A stretch of DNA of 64,000 nucleotides, taken from the NCBI GenBank assembly GCA_951812955.1, contig OX638340.1:160001-224000 (forward strand). Reading direction: 5' to 3'. The position numbers and the translations under genes were made by a program. Below are positions 26,400-36,866 of this stretch, piece after piece; position 1 is the stretch's first letter, and each line of letters starts with the position of its first letter. The DNA comes from an uncultured Gemmatimonadota bacterium (GTDB lineage: Bacteria; JAAXHH01). The notes beneath the pieces are model-generated. The model made no database searches, was not told the DNA's origin, and worked only from the letters and a program-made list of their open reading frames with translations.

Positions 26400-27263
26400 C
26401 TACTCGAAGTAGCGGCCCACGATCGGCTTCAGCTTCTCCAGCGTGCCGCCGGGTACCGAATCCCGGTCGGAAACGATGGCGTTGGCCAGCGCGTTGTGAC
26501 AGCGGCACGTGCTTTCCACCGGGATGGCCGGCACCACGTGGCGGACGACCTGCCGCGCCTGTTCCACGTTGGCGTGCAGGTTCTCGATGATCATGTCGAC
26601 GGTGACGGCGTCGTGATCTTCGTGCCAGCAGTCGTAGTCGGTGGAACACGCGATCGTGGCGTAGCAGATCTCGGCCTCCCGGGCCAGCTTGGCTTCCGGC
26701 GCGGCCGTCATGCCGATGACCGAGAACCCCCAGCCCCGGTAAACGTTCGATTCCGCCCTGGTCGAGAACTGGGGTCCCTCCATGCAGAGATAGGTGCCGC
26801 CGTCATGTACCGTCAACCCCGTCGATTCAGCGCCGTCGACGAGCAGTTTGCGCAAGGGGCCGCAAAAGGGTTCGGCGAGGCCCACGTGCACGACGAGATC
26901 GTTGCCGAAGAAGCTGGTCGCGCGGTGCCGCGTATGGTCGTACAGCTGATCCGGAATGACGAAGTCCCGCGGACGTATGTGCTCCTGGAGACTGCCCACC
27001 GCGCTGACCGACAGGATCCACTGCACGCCCAGCGTCTTCAGCGCGAAGATGTTCGCCCGCACGTTAATTTCAGACGGCCCGATGCGGTGGCCGCGGCCGT
27101 GACGTGCCAGGAAAGCCACGCGCCGGCCCTCGAGGGTGCCGGTCACGATTGCGTCGCTGGGATCGCCGAAGGGGGTGGCGGGCCGGACCTCCTTGAGATC
27201 CGTCAGGCCTTCCATACCGTAGAACCCCGTGCCGCCGATAACCGCGATCTGCGCGTTCGCCAT
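26400..27263 (-). CDS. mtnP: S-methyl-5'-thioadenosine phosphorylase
   Basis: 287 aa; N-terminal IAVIGGTGFYG and MTAP-characteristic blocks (RHGRGHRIGPSEINVRANIFALK; CMEGPQFSTRAES). Confidence 0.85.
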   Translation of the reverse strand: MANAQIAVIGGTGFYGMEGLTDLKEVRPATPFGDPSDAIVTGTLEGRRVAFLARHGRGHRIGPSEINVRANIFALKTLGVQWILSVSAVGSLQEHIRPRDFVIPDQLYDHTRHRATSFFGNDLVVHVGLAEPFCGPLRKLLVDGAESTGLTVHDGGTYLCMEGPQFSTRAESNVYRGWGFSVIGMTAAPEAKLAREAEICYATIACSTDYDCWHEDHDAVTVDMIIENLHANVEQARQVVRHVVPAIPVESTCRCHNALANAIVSDRDSVPGGTLEKLKPIVGRYFE

Positions 27264-27385
27264 TTCGCAACTCCCCTGGTTGATTCGAACGGTTCGTTTA
27301 CAACGATGAAACCTGATGAAATGGTGCTGGAGTAGACATATAACCCGCCCCTCTTTTTATATCAATAAATAAAATCGATTAGTTC

Positions 27386-27413
27386 TTGACAACGCCCCCC
27401 GGCGGTTTATCTT
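27386..27413 (+). promoter_or_regulatory. candidate sigma70-like promoter of the nuo operon (TTGACA-16-TATCTT) with AT-rich upstream element
   Basis: TTGACA 27386-27391, TATCTT 27408-27413; preceded by TTTTTATATCAATAAATAAAATC. Confidence 0.3.
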
Positions 27414-27491
27414 GATCGGCGAGTTCAGGGATAGATGTACCTGGAAGCAGCCTCTGTCGACCGATCTATCTGGTTATCCCGAATCGACTAC

Positions 27492-27842
27492 ATGTCATAC
27501 CTTCCCCTTATCCTGCTCGTCCTGCTTGTCCTGATCGTCGCGGCCGTAATCATTACCCTTTCTACTTTCATAGGCAGAAAAAAAACGAGCGCCTCCAAGC
27601 TTGCGTCCTACGAATGCGGTGTTCCGCTTCAGGACTCCGCCCGGAAGAGCTTCTCCGTCAAGTTCTACCTGATCGCAATCCTTTTCATTCTTTTTGACGT
27701 GGAGATCATTTACCTCTACCCATGGGCCGTCGTTTATGGCGATCTTCAGGTATTCGGCGCATTAGCCATGGGGGTGTTCTTTCTGATGCTTGTCATCGGA
27801 TTCCTGTACGAATGGAAACGGGGAGCCCTGGAATGGGATTAG
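27492..27842 (+). CDS. nuoA: NADH-quinone oxidoreductase subunit A
   Basis: about 116 aa from ATG 27492; 3 TM helices; YECGVP and [11 protein letters not shown] NuoA motifs. Confidence 0.85.
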   Translation: MSYLPLILLVLLVLIVAAVIITLSTFIGRKKTSASKLASYECGVPLQDSARKSFSVKFYLIAILFILFDVEIIYLYPWAVVYGDLQVFGALAMGVFFLMLVIGFLYEWKRGALEWD

Positions 27843-28303
27843 AAGACCAGCTTCAGGAAAACGTCATGACCACCAAGGTCGACGCGATGGTCGGCTGGGC
27901 CCGGAAAAATTCGCTCTGGCCGATGCCTTTCGGCACCGCCTGTTGCGCCATCGAACTCATGGCGACGCTGGCCTCCCGGTTCGACCTGGCCCGTTTCGGA
28001 GCCGAAGCCATACGGTTTTCCCCCCGGCAGTCCGATCTGCTGATCGTTTCCGGGAGGGTTTCCATCAAGATGATGCCCGTACTGAAGACGATCTACGACC
28101 AGATGCCGGAACCCAAGTGGGTCGTCTCCATGGGAGCCTGTGCCTCCTCTGGCGGCGTATTCAATACCTATACGCTAGTGCAGGGCGTTGACCAGTATAT
28201 CCCGGTGGATGTGTATATCCCGGGTTGTCCCCCCAGGCCCGAAAACGTGATCCAGGCGTTGATGAAGATCCAGGAGAAAGTGGCCCAGGCCAAAGCGAAC
28301 TGA
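27833..28303 (+). CDS. nuoB: NADH-quinone oxidoreductase subunit B
   Basis: [13 protein letters not shown] ... [10 protein letters not shown] ... GCPPRPE (N2 cluster Cys motifs); ATG 27833 overlaps nuoA end (alternative ATG 27866). Confidence 0.9.
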   Translation: MGLEDQLQENVMTTKVDAMVGWARKNSLWPMPFGTACCAIELMATLASRFDLARFGAEAIRFSPRQSDLLIVSGRVSIKMMPVLKTIYDQMPEPKWVVSMGACASSGGVFNTYTLVQGVDQYIPVDVYIPGCPPRPENVIQALMKIQEKVAQAKAN

Positions 28304-28944
28304 TGAACAGAAAATCCATCGCAGAGCTTCTGCTCGACATCAAAGCAGTCACCATCAACGTCGAAGCCCCCTACCATTACAGTTCCGGTATAATATCTCC
28401 TATATATTGCGATAACCGCCTGATCATATCCTGTCTGGAAGAGCGCAAGGTGATCGTCGACGCATTTATCGAGATCATCGACGCCCTCGAAGTTTCGCCG
28501 GATGTCATCGCGGGAACGGCGACCGCCGCCATCCCATTCGCGGCGTGGGTATCGAACCGCCTGGACCTGCCCATGGTCTATGCGCGTTCGGGACAGAAAG
28601 GCTACGGCAAGGAACACCGGGTCGAGGGCACCCTGGTCCCCGGTCAGAAGGTGCTTTTCACCGAAGACCTGGTCACCACGGGTGGGGGCGTGCTGAAAGC
28701 GGTCGAAGACGTGGTCAGGTTCGACGTGGAGGTGATCGGCGTGGCCACCATTTTCGAGTACGGCCTGCCCGCCGCCACGGAGGGATTCCAGAAGGCCGGT
28801 CTGCCGAAATGGAGCATGGCGGACTTCGTGGCCATTCTGGACGTCATGAGTGAGCGGGGCGAGCTTTCGGACGACAGTAGAGACATCGCAATGGACTGGC
28901 AATCGGATCCCAGGGGCTGGGGCAGCAAGATGGGTTTCGAATAA
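28303..28944 (+). CDS. pyrE: orotate phosphoribosyltransferase
   Basis: 213 aa from ATG overlapping nuoB stop (TGATG); PRPP-binding loop VLFTEDLVTTGGGV; type I PRTase fold. Confidence 0.8.
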   Translation: MNRKSIAELLLDIKAVTINVEAPYHYSSGIISPIYCDNRLIISCLEERKVIVDAFIEIIDALEVSPDVIAGTATAAIPFAAWVSNRLDLPMVYARSGQKGYGKEHRVEGTLVPGQKVLFTEDLVTTGGGVLKAVEDVVRFDVEVIGVATIFEYGLPAATEGFQKAGLPKWSMADFVAILDVMSERGELSDDSRDIAMDWQSDPRGWGSKMGFE

Positions 28945-28955
28945 AGGGGATTGAA

Positions 28956-29492
28956 GTGGAGAACCAGGAGGAACGCCAGACCGAGGGCGTTGATCCGCAG
29001 GAGCCGGACCAGGGCGAGGTAACGGCGCGAATCCGGGCCCGGTTCGTCGACGCGTCGGTCCGGCGCGGCAACGCGGTGGGGTGCGAGAGTGTCATCGCCG
29101 AGCTGGATTCGCTTCACCCGTTCATGACCTTTCTGAGAGACGATCCGGAATTGGCTTTCGATTATCTCGTCGACGTGACCGCCGTGGACCGGTTGAAGCT
29201 CGACGAGGCCATCCGTTACGCCGTAGTCTACCAGCTGTATTCCTACAAATTCAACCGCCGTTTCAGCGTAAGCGTTCCCGTTCCGGAAGCAGACCCCCGG
29301 ATCGAGTCGGTGGTGTCTGTCTGGCCTGGCGCGAACTGGCTGGAACGGGAAGTGTACGACATGTACGGGATCGTCTTCGACGGCCATCCCGACCTGCGCC
29401 GCATCCTGATGCCGGACGACTTCGGCTCGCATCCCCTGAGGAAGGACTATCCCCTTCACGGCAAAGGGGAAAGGGACAACTTCGTTTTCTAG
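28956..29492 (+). CDS. nuoC: NADH-quinone oxidoreductase subunit C
   Basis: 178 aa; 30-kDa subunit blocks (PGANWLEREVYDMYGIVFDGHPDLRRIL). Confidence 0.9.
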   Translation: MENQEERQTEGVDPQEPDQGEVTARIRARFVDASVRRGNAVGCESVIAELDSLHPFMTFLRDDPELAFDYLVDVTAVDRLKLDEAIRYAVVYQLYSYKFNRRFSVSVPVPEADPRIESVVSVWPGANWLEREVYDMYGIVFDGHPDLRRILMPDDFGSHPLRKDYPLHGKGERDNFVF

Positions 29493-29525
29493 CCGGCCGT
29501 TCGCGATGGACACGGCCAGGCCCCT

Positions 29526-30803
29526 GTGAAAGCACGCACCGTGAATACCACGCAAATCGATAAGCTCGCCGAGACGGACCTCGAGGAAATCCGGAACGAA
29601 CGGGTAACTTTCGAGCGCACGCCCGACATGCCCAGCGAGCACATGATCCTCAATTTCGGTCCCCAGCATCCGGCGACCCACGGGACGCTGCACATCGTGC
29701 TGGAACTGGACGGAGAAAAGGTCGTGGGCGCCACGCCGCACCTCGGCTACCTGCACACCGGCTTCGAGAAACTGGGAGAGTACCGGAGTTACAACCAGTT
29801 CGTCACGCTGACCGACCGGATGAATTACCTGTCCCCCTTAAGCAACAACATTGGCTATTCTCACGCGGTCGAGAAACTGATGGATATCGAAATCACGCCG
29901 CGCTGCCGGAATATACGGGTCGCCCTGGCCGAACTTTCCCGCCTCGCCGACCACCTGTTGTGCGTCGGCACGGCCGCCCTCGATATCGGTGCGTTCACCG
30001 CCTTTCTGTACGGGTTCAGGGCCCGGGAAGTGCTGTACGACCTGTTCGAAGCGGTATGCGGCACGCGGCTGACCACGAGTTATACGCGCGTGGGCGGTCT
30101 CCTGCGCGACGTGCCGGACAATTTCGCGGAGATGGCCCGTGAATCGGTGGAGGAGACACTGACGGCCGCGTCGGAAATCGACCGGCTCCTGACGCATAAC
30201 CGCATCTGGCGCGACCGGACCGAGGGCGTGGGCGTACTCTCCGCGGAAGACGCCGTGGCCTGGGGCGCCACGGGACCGGTGCTCAGGGCGTCGGGTGTCG
30301 ACTGGGACATCCGCAAGAACGAGCCTTACCTCGGGTACGAGGGCTACGATTTCGACATCCCCATCGGCCGGAACGGGGACGCGTACGACCGCTATCTCGT
30401 GCGGATGGAAGAGATCAGGCAGAGTGCGGAGATTGTTCGGCAGGCCGTGGAAAACATGCCGTCGGGGCCCGTGAACGCCGAGGAAGAACACGCCGTACTG
30501 CCCGAGAAATCGGAAGTTTACGAGTCCATGGAATCGTTGATCTACCATTTCAAGATGACCATGGAGGGGCATGGGCCGACACCGCCGGTGGGCGAGGTGT
30601 ATGCCGCGACGGAAGCGCCGAACGGAGAACTGGGTTTTTTCATCGTCAGCGACGGCAGCCGGGAACCTTACCGTATACGGGTGCGTCCCCCGTCTTTCAT
30701 CAACTTTTCGTTATTCCCCATGCTGATAAAGGGGCATATGCTTTCCGACGTCGTTGCGATACTGGGCAGCCTGAATGTCATCGCCGGAGAACTGGACCGA
30801 TAG
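29526..30803 (+). CDS. nuoD: NADH-quinone oxidoreductase subunit D
   Basis: 425 aa; GTG start; MILNFGPQHPATHG and 49-kDa subunit conserved blocks. Confidence 0.9.
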   Translation: MKARTVNTTQIDKLAETDLEEIRNERVTFERTPDMPSEHMILNFGPQHPATHGTLHIVLELDGEKVVGATPHLGYLHTGFEKLGEYRSYNQFVTLTDRMNYLSPLSNNIGYSHAVEKLMDIEITPRCRNIRVALAELSRLADHLLCVGTAALDIGAFTAFLYGFRAREVLYDLFEAVCGTRLTTSYTRVGGLLRDVPDNFAEMARESVEETLTAASEIDRLLTHNRIWRDRTEGVGVLSAEDAVAWGATGPVLRASGVDWDIRKNEPYLGYEGYDFDIPIGRNGDAYDRYLVRMEEIRQSAEIVRQAVENMPSGPVNAEEEHAVLPEKSEVYESMESLIYHFKMTMEGHGPTPPVGEVYAATEAPNGELGFFIVSDGSREPYRIRVRPPSFINFSLFPMLIKGHMLSDVVAILGSLNVIAGELDR

Positions 30804-31296
30804 CTTGGCCACACCGTTGGAATTCACAGAAGAGGCGCGGAAGCGCGCGGCGGAGATCCTGAGCCGGTATCCTGATGAATACAGGAAGTCGGCCGTGGTT
30901 CCGCTCCTGCATCTCGCGCAGGAAGAGTGGGGTTTCGTCTCGCCGGAAGCCATGGCCTGCGTGGCCAGGCTGATCGGCTGCTCGCCGGTCAAGGTCGCCG
31001 AAATCGCGACGTTCTATCCCATGTTCAACAAGGAGCCCGTGGGCGATCATGTACTGGCGGTATGCCATACGCTGCCCTGCGCGCTGACCGGATGCGGGGA
31101 CATTTTCGATCACCTGTCGGATAAACTCGGCATCCGACTCGGCGAGACCACGGAAGACGGCCGTTTCACGCTGCGTAAGTCGGAATGCCTTGCTGCCTGC
31201 GACCGCGGCCCCGTGCTCTTGGTAAACCGGAAACTGCACACCCATCTCACCACGGCTAGGGTCGACGAAATTCTCGATGGCCTGGAAGAAGGATAG
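30775..31296 (+). CDS. nuoE: NADH-quinone oxidoreductase subunit E
   Basis: 173 aa; 2Fe-2S Cys motifs (VCHTLPC ... CLAAC); overlaps nuoD end. Confidence 0.85.
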   Translation: MSSPENWTDSLATPLEFTEEARKRAAEILSRYPDEYRKSAVVPLLHLAQEEWGFVSPEAMACVARLIGCSPVKVAEIATFYPMFNKEPVGDHVLAVCHTLPCALTGCGDIFDHLSDKLGIRLGETTEDGRFTLRKSECLAACDRGPVLLVNRKLHTHLTTARVDEILDGLEEG

Positions 31297-31299
31297 CGC

Positions 31300-32676
31300 A
31301 TGGCCGCACCGCTAGCGATACTGACGGCGCACCCGCCGGCGGGAACCGATCCCGGTGATATCGAAGCGTACATGGCCGGCGGCGGTTACGGCGCGGTACG
31401 GAAGGCGCTCACGACCATAAGCAAGGACGGACTGATCGAAGAGATCAACGCCTCGGGGATCAAGGGCCGGGGCGGTGCCGGATTCTCGACGGGCATGAAG
31501 TGGAACCTGTGCGCCGACCTGTATCCGCGGTACCTGTGCGCAAACGCGGACGAAAGCGAACCCGGCAGCTTCAAGGACCGGCTCCTGCTGGAATCGAAAC
31601 CCCATCAGATCATCGAAGGCATGATCATCACCAGCTACGCCCTGGGGATCAACCTGGGCTATATCTATATCCGCGGTGAGTTCTTCCAGATCATCGACCA
31701 GATGGAAGCCGCCCTGGCGGACGCCGAAAAACACGGCTTCCTCGGCAAGAATATCCTGGATTCGGGCTTCGATCTGGAACTGTACGTCCATCCCGGCGCC
31801 GGGGCCTACATTTGCGGAGAAGAGACGGGCCTGATCGAATCCCTCGAGGGCAACCGGCCCTACCCCCGGCTGAAACCGCCGTTCTTCCCCGCCGCCATCG
31901 GTCTCTGGGGACAGCCCACGATCGTGAACAACGTGGAAACCATGGCCCAGATCACCACGATCGTCGACATGGGGGCGGAAGCCTACAAGCAGATCGGAAC
32001 GGAGGAAGACACGACGGGACCACGTCTGTTCGGCCTGTGCGGCCACGTGAAGAAACCCGGCATCTACGAGTACGACTCCGACGTCACGCTGCGGGAGTTG
32101 ATCTACGACGCAGGCGGCGGCATACGGGACGGCAATCGGCTCAAGGGAGTCATCCCCGGCGGGATCTCGGCGCCGATCCTGACGCCGGAGGAGATCGATA
32201 CCACCATGGGCTTCGGCGCCCTGGGCAAGCTGGGTTCCATGGGCGGAACCGGCGGGATCATCGTGATGGACGAGACCACCAGCATGGTGGACGCCCTGCT
32301 GAACGCCTCCTCTTTCGCCGCCCACGAGTCATGCGGCCAGTGCACGCCCTGCCGCGAAGGCGTGCCATGGATGAACGACATCCTCCGCCGGATCCACAAC
32401 GGCCGGGGTCGCGACGAGGACCTTGACCTGCTGCTGGATATCTGCAAGCAGATCCATGGCCATACGGTGTGCGTTTTTGGCCAGGCGCCGGGGGTCTGGC
32501 CCGTACGGACCATTCTCGTCAAGTACTGGCCGGAATTCAGAGCCTGCATCGAACGGAAAGAACGGGTCGTCCTGCCCGTGGAGGAATCGTACCTGCAGCC
32601 CGACCAGTATGAACACATACCCCCCGTACCCGGCAATTTCCGTATGAAAACCAACGAAGCCGACGCGGCTGGATGA
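31300..32676 (+). CDS. nuoF: NADH-quinone oxidoreductase subunit F
   Basis: 458 aa; GRGGAGFSTGMKW (FMN site), GEETGLIESLEG, ESCGQCTPCREG (4Fe-4S). Confidence 0.95.
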   Translation: MAAPLAILTAHPPAGTDPGDIEAYMAGGGYGAVRKALTTISKDGLIEEINASGIKGRGGAGFSTGMKWNLCADLYPRYLCANADESEPGSFKDRLLLESKPHQIIEGMIITSYALGINLGYIYIRGEFFQIIDQMEAALADAEKHGFLGKNILDSGFDLELYVHPGAGAYICGEETGLIESLEGNRPYPRLKPPFFPAAIGLWGQPTIVNNVETMAQITTIVDMGAEAYKQIGTEEDTTGPRLFGLCGHVKKPGIYEYDSDVTLRELIYDAGGGIRDGNRLKGVIPGGISAPILTPEEIDTTMGFGALGKLGSMGGTGGIIVMDETTSMVDALLNASSFAAHESCGQCTPCREGVPWMNDILRRIHNGRGRDEDLDLLLDICKQIHGHTVCVFGQAPGVWPVRTILVKYWPEFRACIERKERVVLPVEESYLQPDQYEHIPPVPGNFRMKTNEADAAG

Positions 32677-32683
32677 GTATCCC

Positions 32684-34294
32684 ATGGCAACCATTACCAT
32701 AGATGATCGGCAGTATACCGTCGAAGAAGGCCGCAACCTGATCGACGCGGCGGCGGACCTGGACATCGACATCCCCCATTTCTGCTATCACCCGGGGCTG
32801 GCGCCGGACGGCAACTGCCGCATGTGCCTCACCGAAATGGAGATACGGCCCGGACAGTTCGGCATCGTCACGTCGTGCACGATCCGGATCAAGGACGGGA
32901 TGAACTTCCGGTTCAATTCGCCGGCAGTGCTGGACAACCGCAAGGGGATCATGGAGTTCCTGCTCATCAACCACCCCCTGGACTGTCCCTGGTGCGACCA
33001 GGCCGGGGAGTGCAAACTGCAGGACCATTCCTTCGACCACGGCCGGGGTCACAGCCGGTTCGTCGAGACCAAGCGCGTACCGCCGAAGAAGGACCTCGGA
33101 CCGCACATCACGCTTTACACGACGCGCTGCATACTGTGCCAGCGCTGCACCCGTTTCTGCGACGAGATCACGGGGACGTCCGAACTCGGCGTCGTACAAA
33201 TGGGGAGCAAGTCCGAGATCGCGACCTTCGAGGGCGTCCCCCTGGACAATAAGATGTCGGGGAACGTGGCGGACATCTGTCCCGTCGGCGCCCTGGTCAC
33301 CAAGGATTTCCTCTACAAGCCCCGTATATGGCATTACGACAAGGTAGACACCCTCTGCCCGGGATGCGCCACCGGGTGCAACACCACCCTGGAAGTCATG
33401 CACCAGAAGATCTACCGCACCCGTCCCCGGCACAACGAGGCCGTCAACGGGCACTGGATGTGCGACGAGGGCCGGTTCTGCTACCATGACTGGCAGGACG
33501 TGGACCGGCTGAAAGCGCCGCTGAAGCGGGTGGACGGCGAATTGCGACAGGTTACGTGGCCCGAGGCCCTGGACGCCGCCGTTAGCGGCATACAGGCCCT
33601 CCTGGCGGACGAAGGGGATTCCGCCATGGGCGTGATCGGGTCGTCCATGGCGACCAACGAGGAGAACTACCTGCTCGGATTACTGGGCGCCGGAGCCTTC
33701 GGGTCTTCGCGGACCGGCCTCATCCGCAAGCCCGGTGGGGAAGCGTGGACGTCGAAGAGCGGATTTCACATCGACGCGGACAAGACGCCAAACAGCCGGG
33801 GCGCCGGCGACATGCTGGGTGTCGACTCGCTGGACGTCATCCTGCAGGGAATCGAAGACGGAACGATACGGGGGCTATACGTACTGGGCGGCGATATCGG
33901 ACAGACGCTGTCGCAGGAGGTCGCGGAGGCCTTCCGCAGGCTCGAATTCCTGGTGGTGCACGACGTGCGCCGGTCCGACCTTGCCGAGCTGGCCGACGTG
34001 GTCTTCCCGGGGGCGGTTCCCTTCGAGAAGACTGGTACCATGACCAATGCGCAGGGGCGCGTGCAACGCCTGAACGCCGCCTTTCCCCAGCCCGGCGGAG
34101 CACGGGAGGACGGTGCGATCCTCCGGTATGTTGGACTGCGCATGGGCGTTGAAATGGGCGAAGCCGACCCTGCCCGGATCCTGGAGGAAATCGCCCGAAG
34201 CGTGGGTGGATACGCGGGTCTCACCTATGACCTGATCGGCGATCAGGGCGCCATGACGGGCGGCGAAGAGCCGTCCGAGGCCGCGGGAGGTTAG
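32684..34294 (+). CDS. nuoG: NADH-quinone oxidoreductase subunit G (short form, 536 aa)
   Basis: 2Fe-2S CYHPGLAPDGNCRMC, HPLDCPWCDQAGEC (His-ligated 4Fe-4S), CILCQRCTRFC; molybdopterin-like C-terminal region. Confidence 0.85.
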   Translation: MATITIDDRQYTVEEGRNLIDAAADLDIDIPHFCYHPGLAPDGNCRMCLTEMEIRPGQFGIVTSCTIRIKDGMNFRFNSPAVLDNRKGIMEFLLINHPLDCPWCDQAGECKLQDHSFDHGRGHSRFVETKRVPPKKDLGPHITLYTTRCILCQRCTRFCDEITGTSELGVVQMGSKSEIATFEGVPLDNKMSGNVADICPVGALVTKDFLYKPRIWHYDKVDTLCPGCATGCNTTLEVMHQKIYRTRPRHNEAVNGHWMCDEGRFCYHDWQDVDRLKAPLKRVDGELRQVTWPEALDAAVSGIQALLADEGDSAMGVIGSSMATNEENYLLGLLGAGAFGSSRTGLIRKPGGEAWTSKSGFHIDADKTPNSRGAGDMLGVDSLDVILQGIEDGTIRGLYVLGGDIGQTLSQEVAEAFRRLEFLVVHDVRRSDLAELADVVFPGAVPFEKTGTMTNAQGRVQRLNAAFPQPGGAREDGAILRYVGLRMGVEMGEADPARILEEIARSVGGYAGLTYDLIGDQGAMTGGEEPSEAAGG

Positions 34295-34298
34295 TGGA

Positions 34299-35357
34299 TT
34301 GATCGTCGACCCCATGATCCTGGAAGGCGCAATCGCCCTGGTCAAAATCGGCATCCTGCTGGGGGTGGTGTTCACCACCGTCGCCTACCTCACCTTCATG
34401 GAACGCCGGGTAAGCGCAATGATCCAGGACCGGCTCGGTCCCAATCGAGTCGGACCTTTGGGGCTGCTGCAGCCGCTGGCCGACGGCATCAAGTTCATGT
34501 GGAAGGAAGAGTTCATCCCGGCGAGCGCTGATCGCACCCTCTTCGCCATCGCGCCGGCCCTGATCCTGGTACCGGCCCTGTTGATCTTTGCCGTCATTCC
34601 CGTGGGCGGCGAAGTGACCATACCGGCCTTCACCCTCTTCGGCCTGCAGATCCAGGAAATCACGACCTCGCTGCAGATCATCGATCTGAACGTAGGGATC
34701 CTGTACATCCTGGGCATGACCTCCATCGCCGTATACGGGATCGCCCTGGGCGGATGGAGCGCAAACAACAAGTTCACCCTGCTGGGCGGGATCCGGTCGT
34801 CGGCGCAGATGATCAGCTACGAACTTTCGCTGGGCCTCTCCATCGTCGGCATCCTGATGCTCACGGGGTCTCTCCAGATGAGCCGGATCGTCGACGCGCA
34901 GGGCACCTTTCTCGACTGGTTCATTTTCCGGCAGCCGCTGGCATTCCTGATCTTCGTCATCGCGGCATTTGCAGAGAACAACCGGTTGCCCTTCGACCTG
35001 GTCGAGTGCGAACAGGAACTCGTCGGGGGCTTCCATACGGAATACAGCAGCATGCGGTTCTCCATGTTCATGATCGCGGAGTACGCCAGCATGATCGCGG
35101 CTTCCGCCTTGATGGCGACCCTCTTCTTCGGGGGATGGCACATGCCCTTCGAAGATCTGGTCGGACCGGGCCTGGTGACCCTTTACCAGGTGGCCGGGTT
35201 CCTGGTCAAGACGGGATTCTTCCTCTTCCTCTATATCTGGGTGAGGTGGTCGCTGCCGCGATTCCGGTATGATCAGCTCATGGCGATCGGATGGAAGGTG
35301 CTGCTGCCGCTGGCCCTGTTGAACGTGGTATTTACCGGTATTTGGATGCTGGTCTGA
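34299..35357 (+). CDS. nuoH: NADH-quinone oxidoreductase subunit H
   Basis: 352 aa (TTG 34299; alternative ATG 34314); MERRVSAMIQDRLGPNRVGP; 8 TM helices. Confidence 0.9.
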   Translation: MIVDPMILEGAIALVKIGILLGVVFTTVAYLTFMERRVSAMIQDRLGPNRVGPLGLLQPLADGIKFMWKEEFIPASADRTLFAIAPALILVPALLIFAVIPVGGEVTIPAFTLFGLQIQEITTSLQIIDLNVGILYILGMTSIAVYGIALGGWSANNKFTLLGGIRSSAQMISYELSLGLSIVGILMLTGSLQMSRIVDAQGTFLDWFIFRQPLAFLIFVIAAFAENNRLPFDLVECEQELVGGFHTEYSSMRFSMFMIAEYASMIAASALMATLFFGGWHMPFEDLVGPGLVTLYQVAGFLVKTGFFLFLYIWVRWSLPRFRYDQLMAIGWKVLLPLALLNVVFTGIWMLV

Positions 35358-35366
35358 CTCGGGAGA

Positions 35367-35951
35367 GTGCAACCCATGGCAATCGTCGTTGAAGCACGCA
35401 AGATGACCCTGGCGGAACGGCTGTACCTGCCGGCGGTGATCAAGGGCATGCTCCTTACCCTGACCCACCTGTTCAAGAAAAAGGTCACGATGCAGTACCC
35501 TGAGGTGCAGAAGGTCCTGCCGCCCGGATACCGCGGCGCCCACCGGCTCAACAAGGATGAGCAGGACCGGATCAAGTGCGTGGCCTGTGAAATGTGCGCC
35601 GTGGCCTGCCCCGCCGATTGCATCACCATCGAAGGCACGGAAACCGAGTGGGACGACCGGGAAAAGATCCCGCGCACCTTCCAGATCGACATGCTCCGGT
35701 GCATTTTCTGCGGCATGTGCGTGGAGGCCTGCCCGGAGGACGCCATCGATATGACGGACAACATCGATCTCGTGGCCACGACACGGGAAGAAATGATCTG
35801 GGACCGGGATCGGCTGCTGAAGAACTACGACGACACCCGGAACCAGGAGGGCACGCTAGGCCAGGTCCTTCGAAAGAGCCGGAAGGCTTTTACGCGACCC
35901 AGGGGAGACCAGCTTCCAGCTCCGGGCGGTCCGGGCGGTCATACGCATTGA
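35367..35951 (+). CDS. nuoI: NADH-quinone oxidoreductase subunit I
   Basis: 2x CxxCxxCxxxCP ferredoxin motifs (CVACEMCAVACP, CIFCGMCVEACP); GTG 35367 or ATG 35376. Confidence 0.9.
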   Translation: MQPMAIVVEARKMTLAERLYLPAVIKGMLLTLTHLFKKKVTMQYPEVQKVLPPGYRGAHRLNKDEQDRIKCVACEMCAVACPADCITIEGTETEWDDREKIPRTFQIDMLRCIFCGMCVEACPEDAIDMTDNIDLVATTREEMIWDRDRLLKNYDDTRNQEGTLGQVLRKSRKAFTRPRGDQLPAPGGPGGHTH

Positions 35952-35997
35952 CGCATTGACGGGCTGCGGATAGCCCCCTACGGTATTTACGGTATCT

Positions 35998-36513
35998 ATG
36001 GAACTCTACTTCTTCCTGTTTTTCGCCTTCGTGGCCGTCGCGAGCAGCGTGGCGATGATCCTGCAGCGCAACCCGATTTACTGCGTGCTCCTGCTGATCA
36101 TGGTCATGATCTCCATCGCCGGCCTGTACCTGATGCTGGATGCCCAGTTCGTCGCGATCATCCAGATCGTCGTTTATGCCGGGGCCATCATGGTGCTGTT
36201 CCTTTTCGTCATCATGCTGCTCAACCTGAGCCGCGAGGAGGGCGGAATGTTCCGGATTCAGAAACCGACGGCCGTCATCCTGGCCGTGCTCCTGTTCCTG
36301 CCTGTGGCGGCCATGGTGATGTCGTACCCGGGCGGAGGGACGGCTCCGCCGGTGGAAGGGAGCCAGGCGGGATTCGGCGAGGTGGAACAGATCGGAACGT
36401 TGCTGTTCACGAAATACCTGCTGCCCGTGGAGATCGCGGCCGTGCTCCTGTTGATCGCTATCGTGGGGGCCGTGGTGCTGACGCGCAAGGGCACCGTTGC
36501 CACCGGCGAATGA
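35998..36513 (+). CDS. nuoJ: NADH-quinone oxidoreductase subunit J
   Basis: 171 aa, NuoJ-like TM protein. Confidence 0.85.
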   Translation: MELYFFLFFAFVAVASSVAMILQRNPIYCVLLLIMVMISIAGLYLMLDAQFVAIIQIVVYAGAIMVLFLFVIMLLNLSREEGGMFRIQKPTAVILAVLLFLPVAAMVMSYPGGGTAPPVEGSQAGFGEVEQIGTLLFTKYLLPVEIAAVLLLIAIVGAVVLTRKGTVATGE

Positions 36514-36542
36514 GAACCCGACATGCTGGAATCAAATAACCC

Positions 36543-36845
36543 ATGATCCCTGTCACTTATTACCTGATTCTCAGCGCGGTGCTTTTCCTGATCGGCACCA
36601 CCGGCGTGCTGATCCGTCGGAACGCGATCATCGTGCTGATGGGCATCGAGTTGATGCTCAACGGGGCCAACCTGTCGTTCGTGGCCTTCGCCCGGGAGTT
36701 TGGCATGGCCGACGGCCACATCTACGTTTTCCTCGTGATCACCGTGGCGGCCGCCGAGGTGGCGATCGGTCTTGCCCTGGTCATCCTGCTGTTCCGAAAC
36801 CGTGGAACGGTCAACATCGACGAGGTCCGATCCCTGCGCTGGTAA
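36543..36845 (+). CDS. nuoK: NADH-quinone oxidoreductase subunit K
   Basis: 100 aa, 3 TM; [16 protein letters not shown] block. Confidence 0.9.
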   Translation: MIPVTYYLILSAVLFLIGTTGVLIRRNAIIVLMGIELMLNGANLSFVAFAREFGMADGHIYVFLVITVAAAEVAIGLALVILLFRNRGTVNIDEVRSLRW

Positions 36846-36866
36846 CGGGAGCCTTCGAGTACAAAC

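Noticed and set aside
32684-34294. Possible truncation/frameshift of nuoG (536 aa vs about 900 aa in E. coli)
   Set aside because: All N-terminal Fe-S motifs and part of the molybdopterin-like domain are present; the ORF ends with a clean stop 5 nt before nuoH and no continuing frame is apparent. Short NuoG/Nqo3 forms may exist; cannot decide without alignment, so not called a pseudogene.
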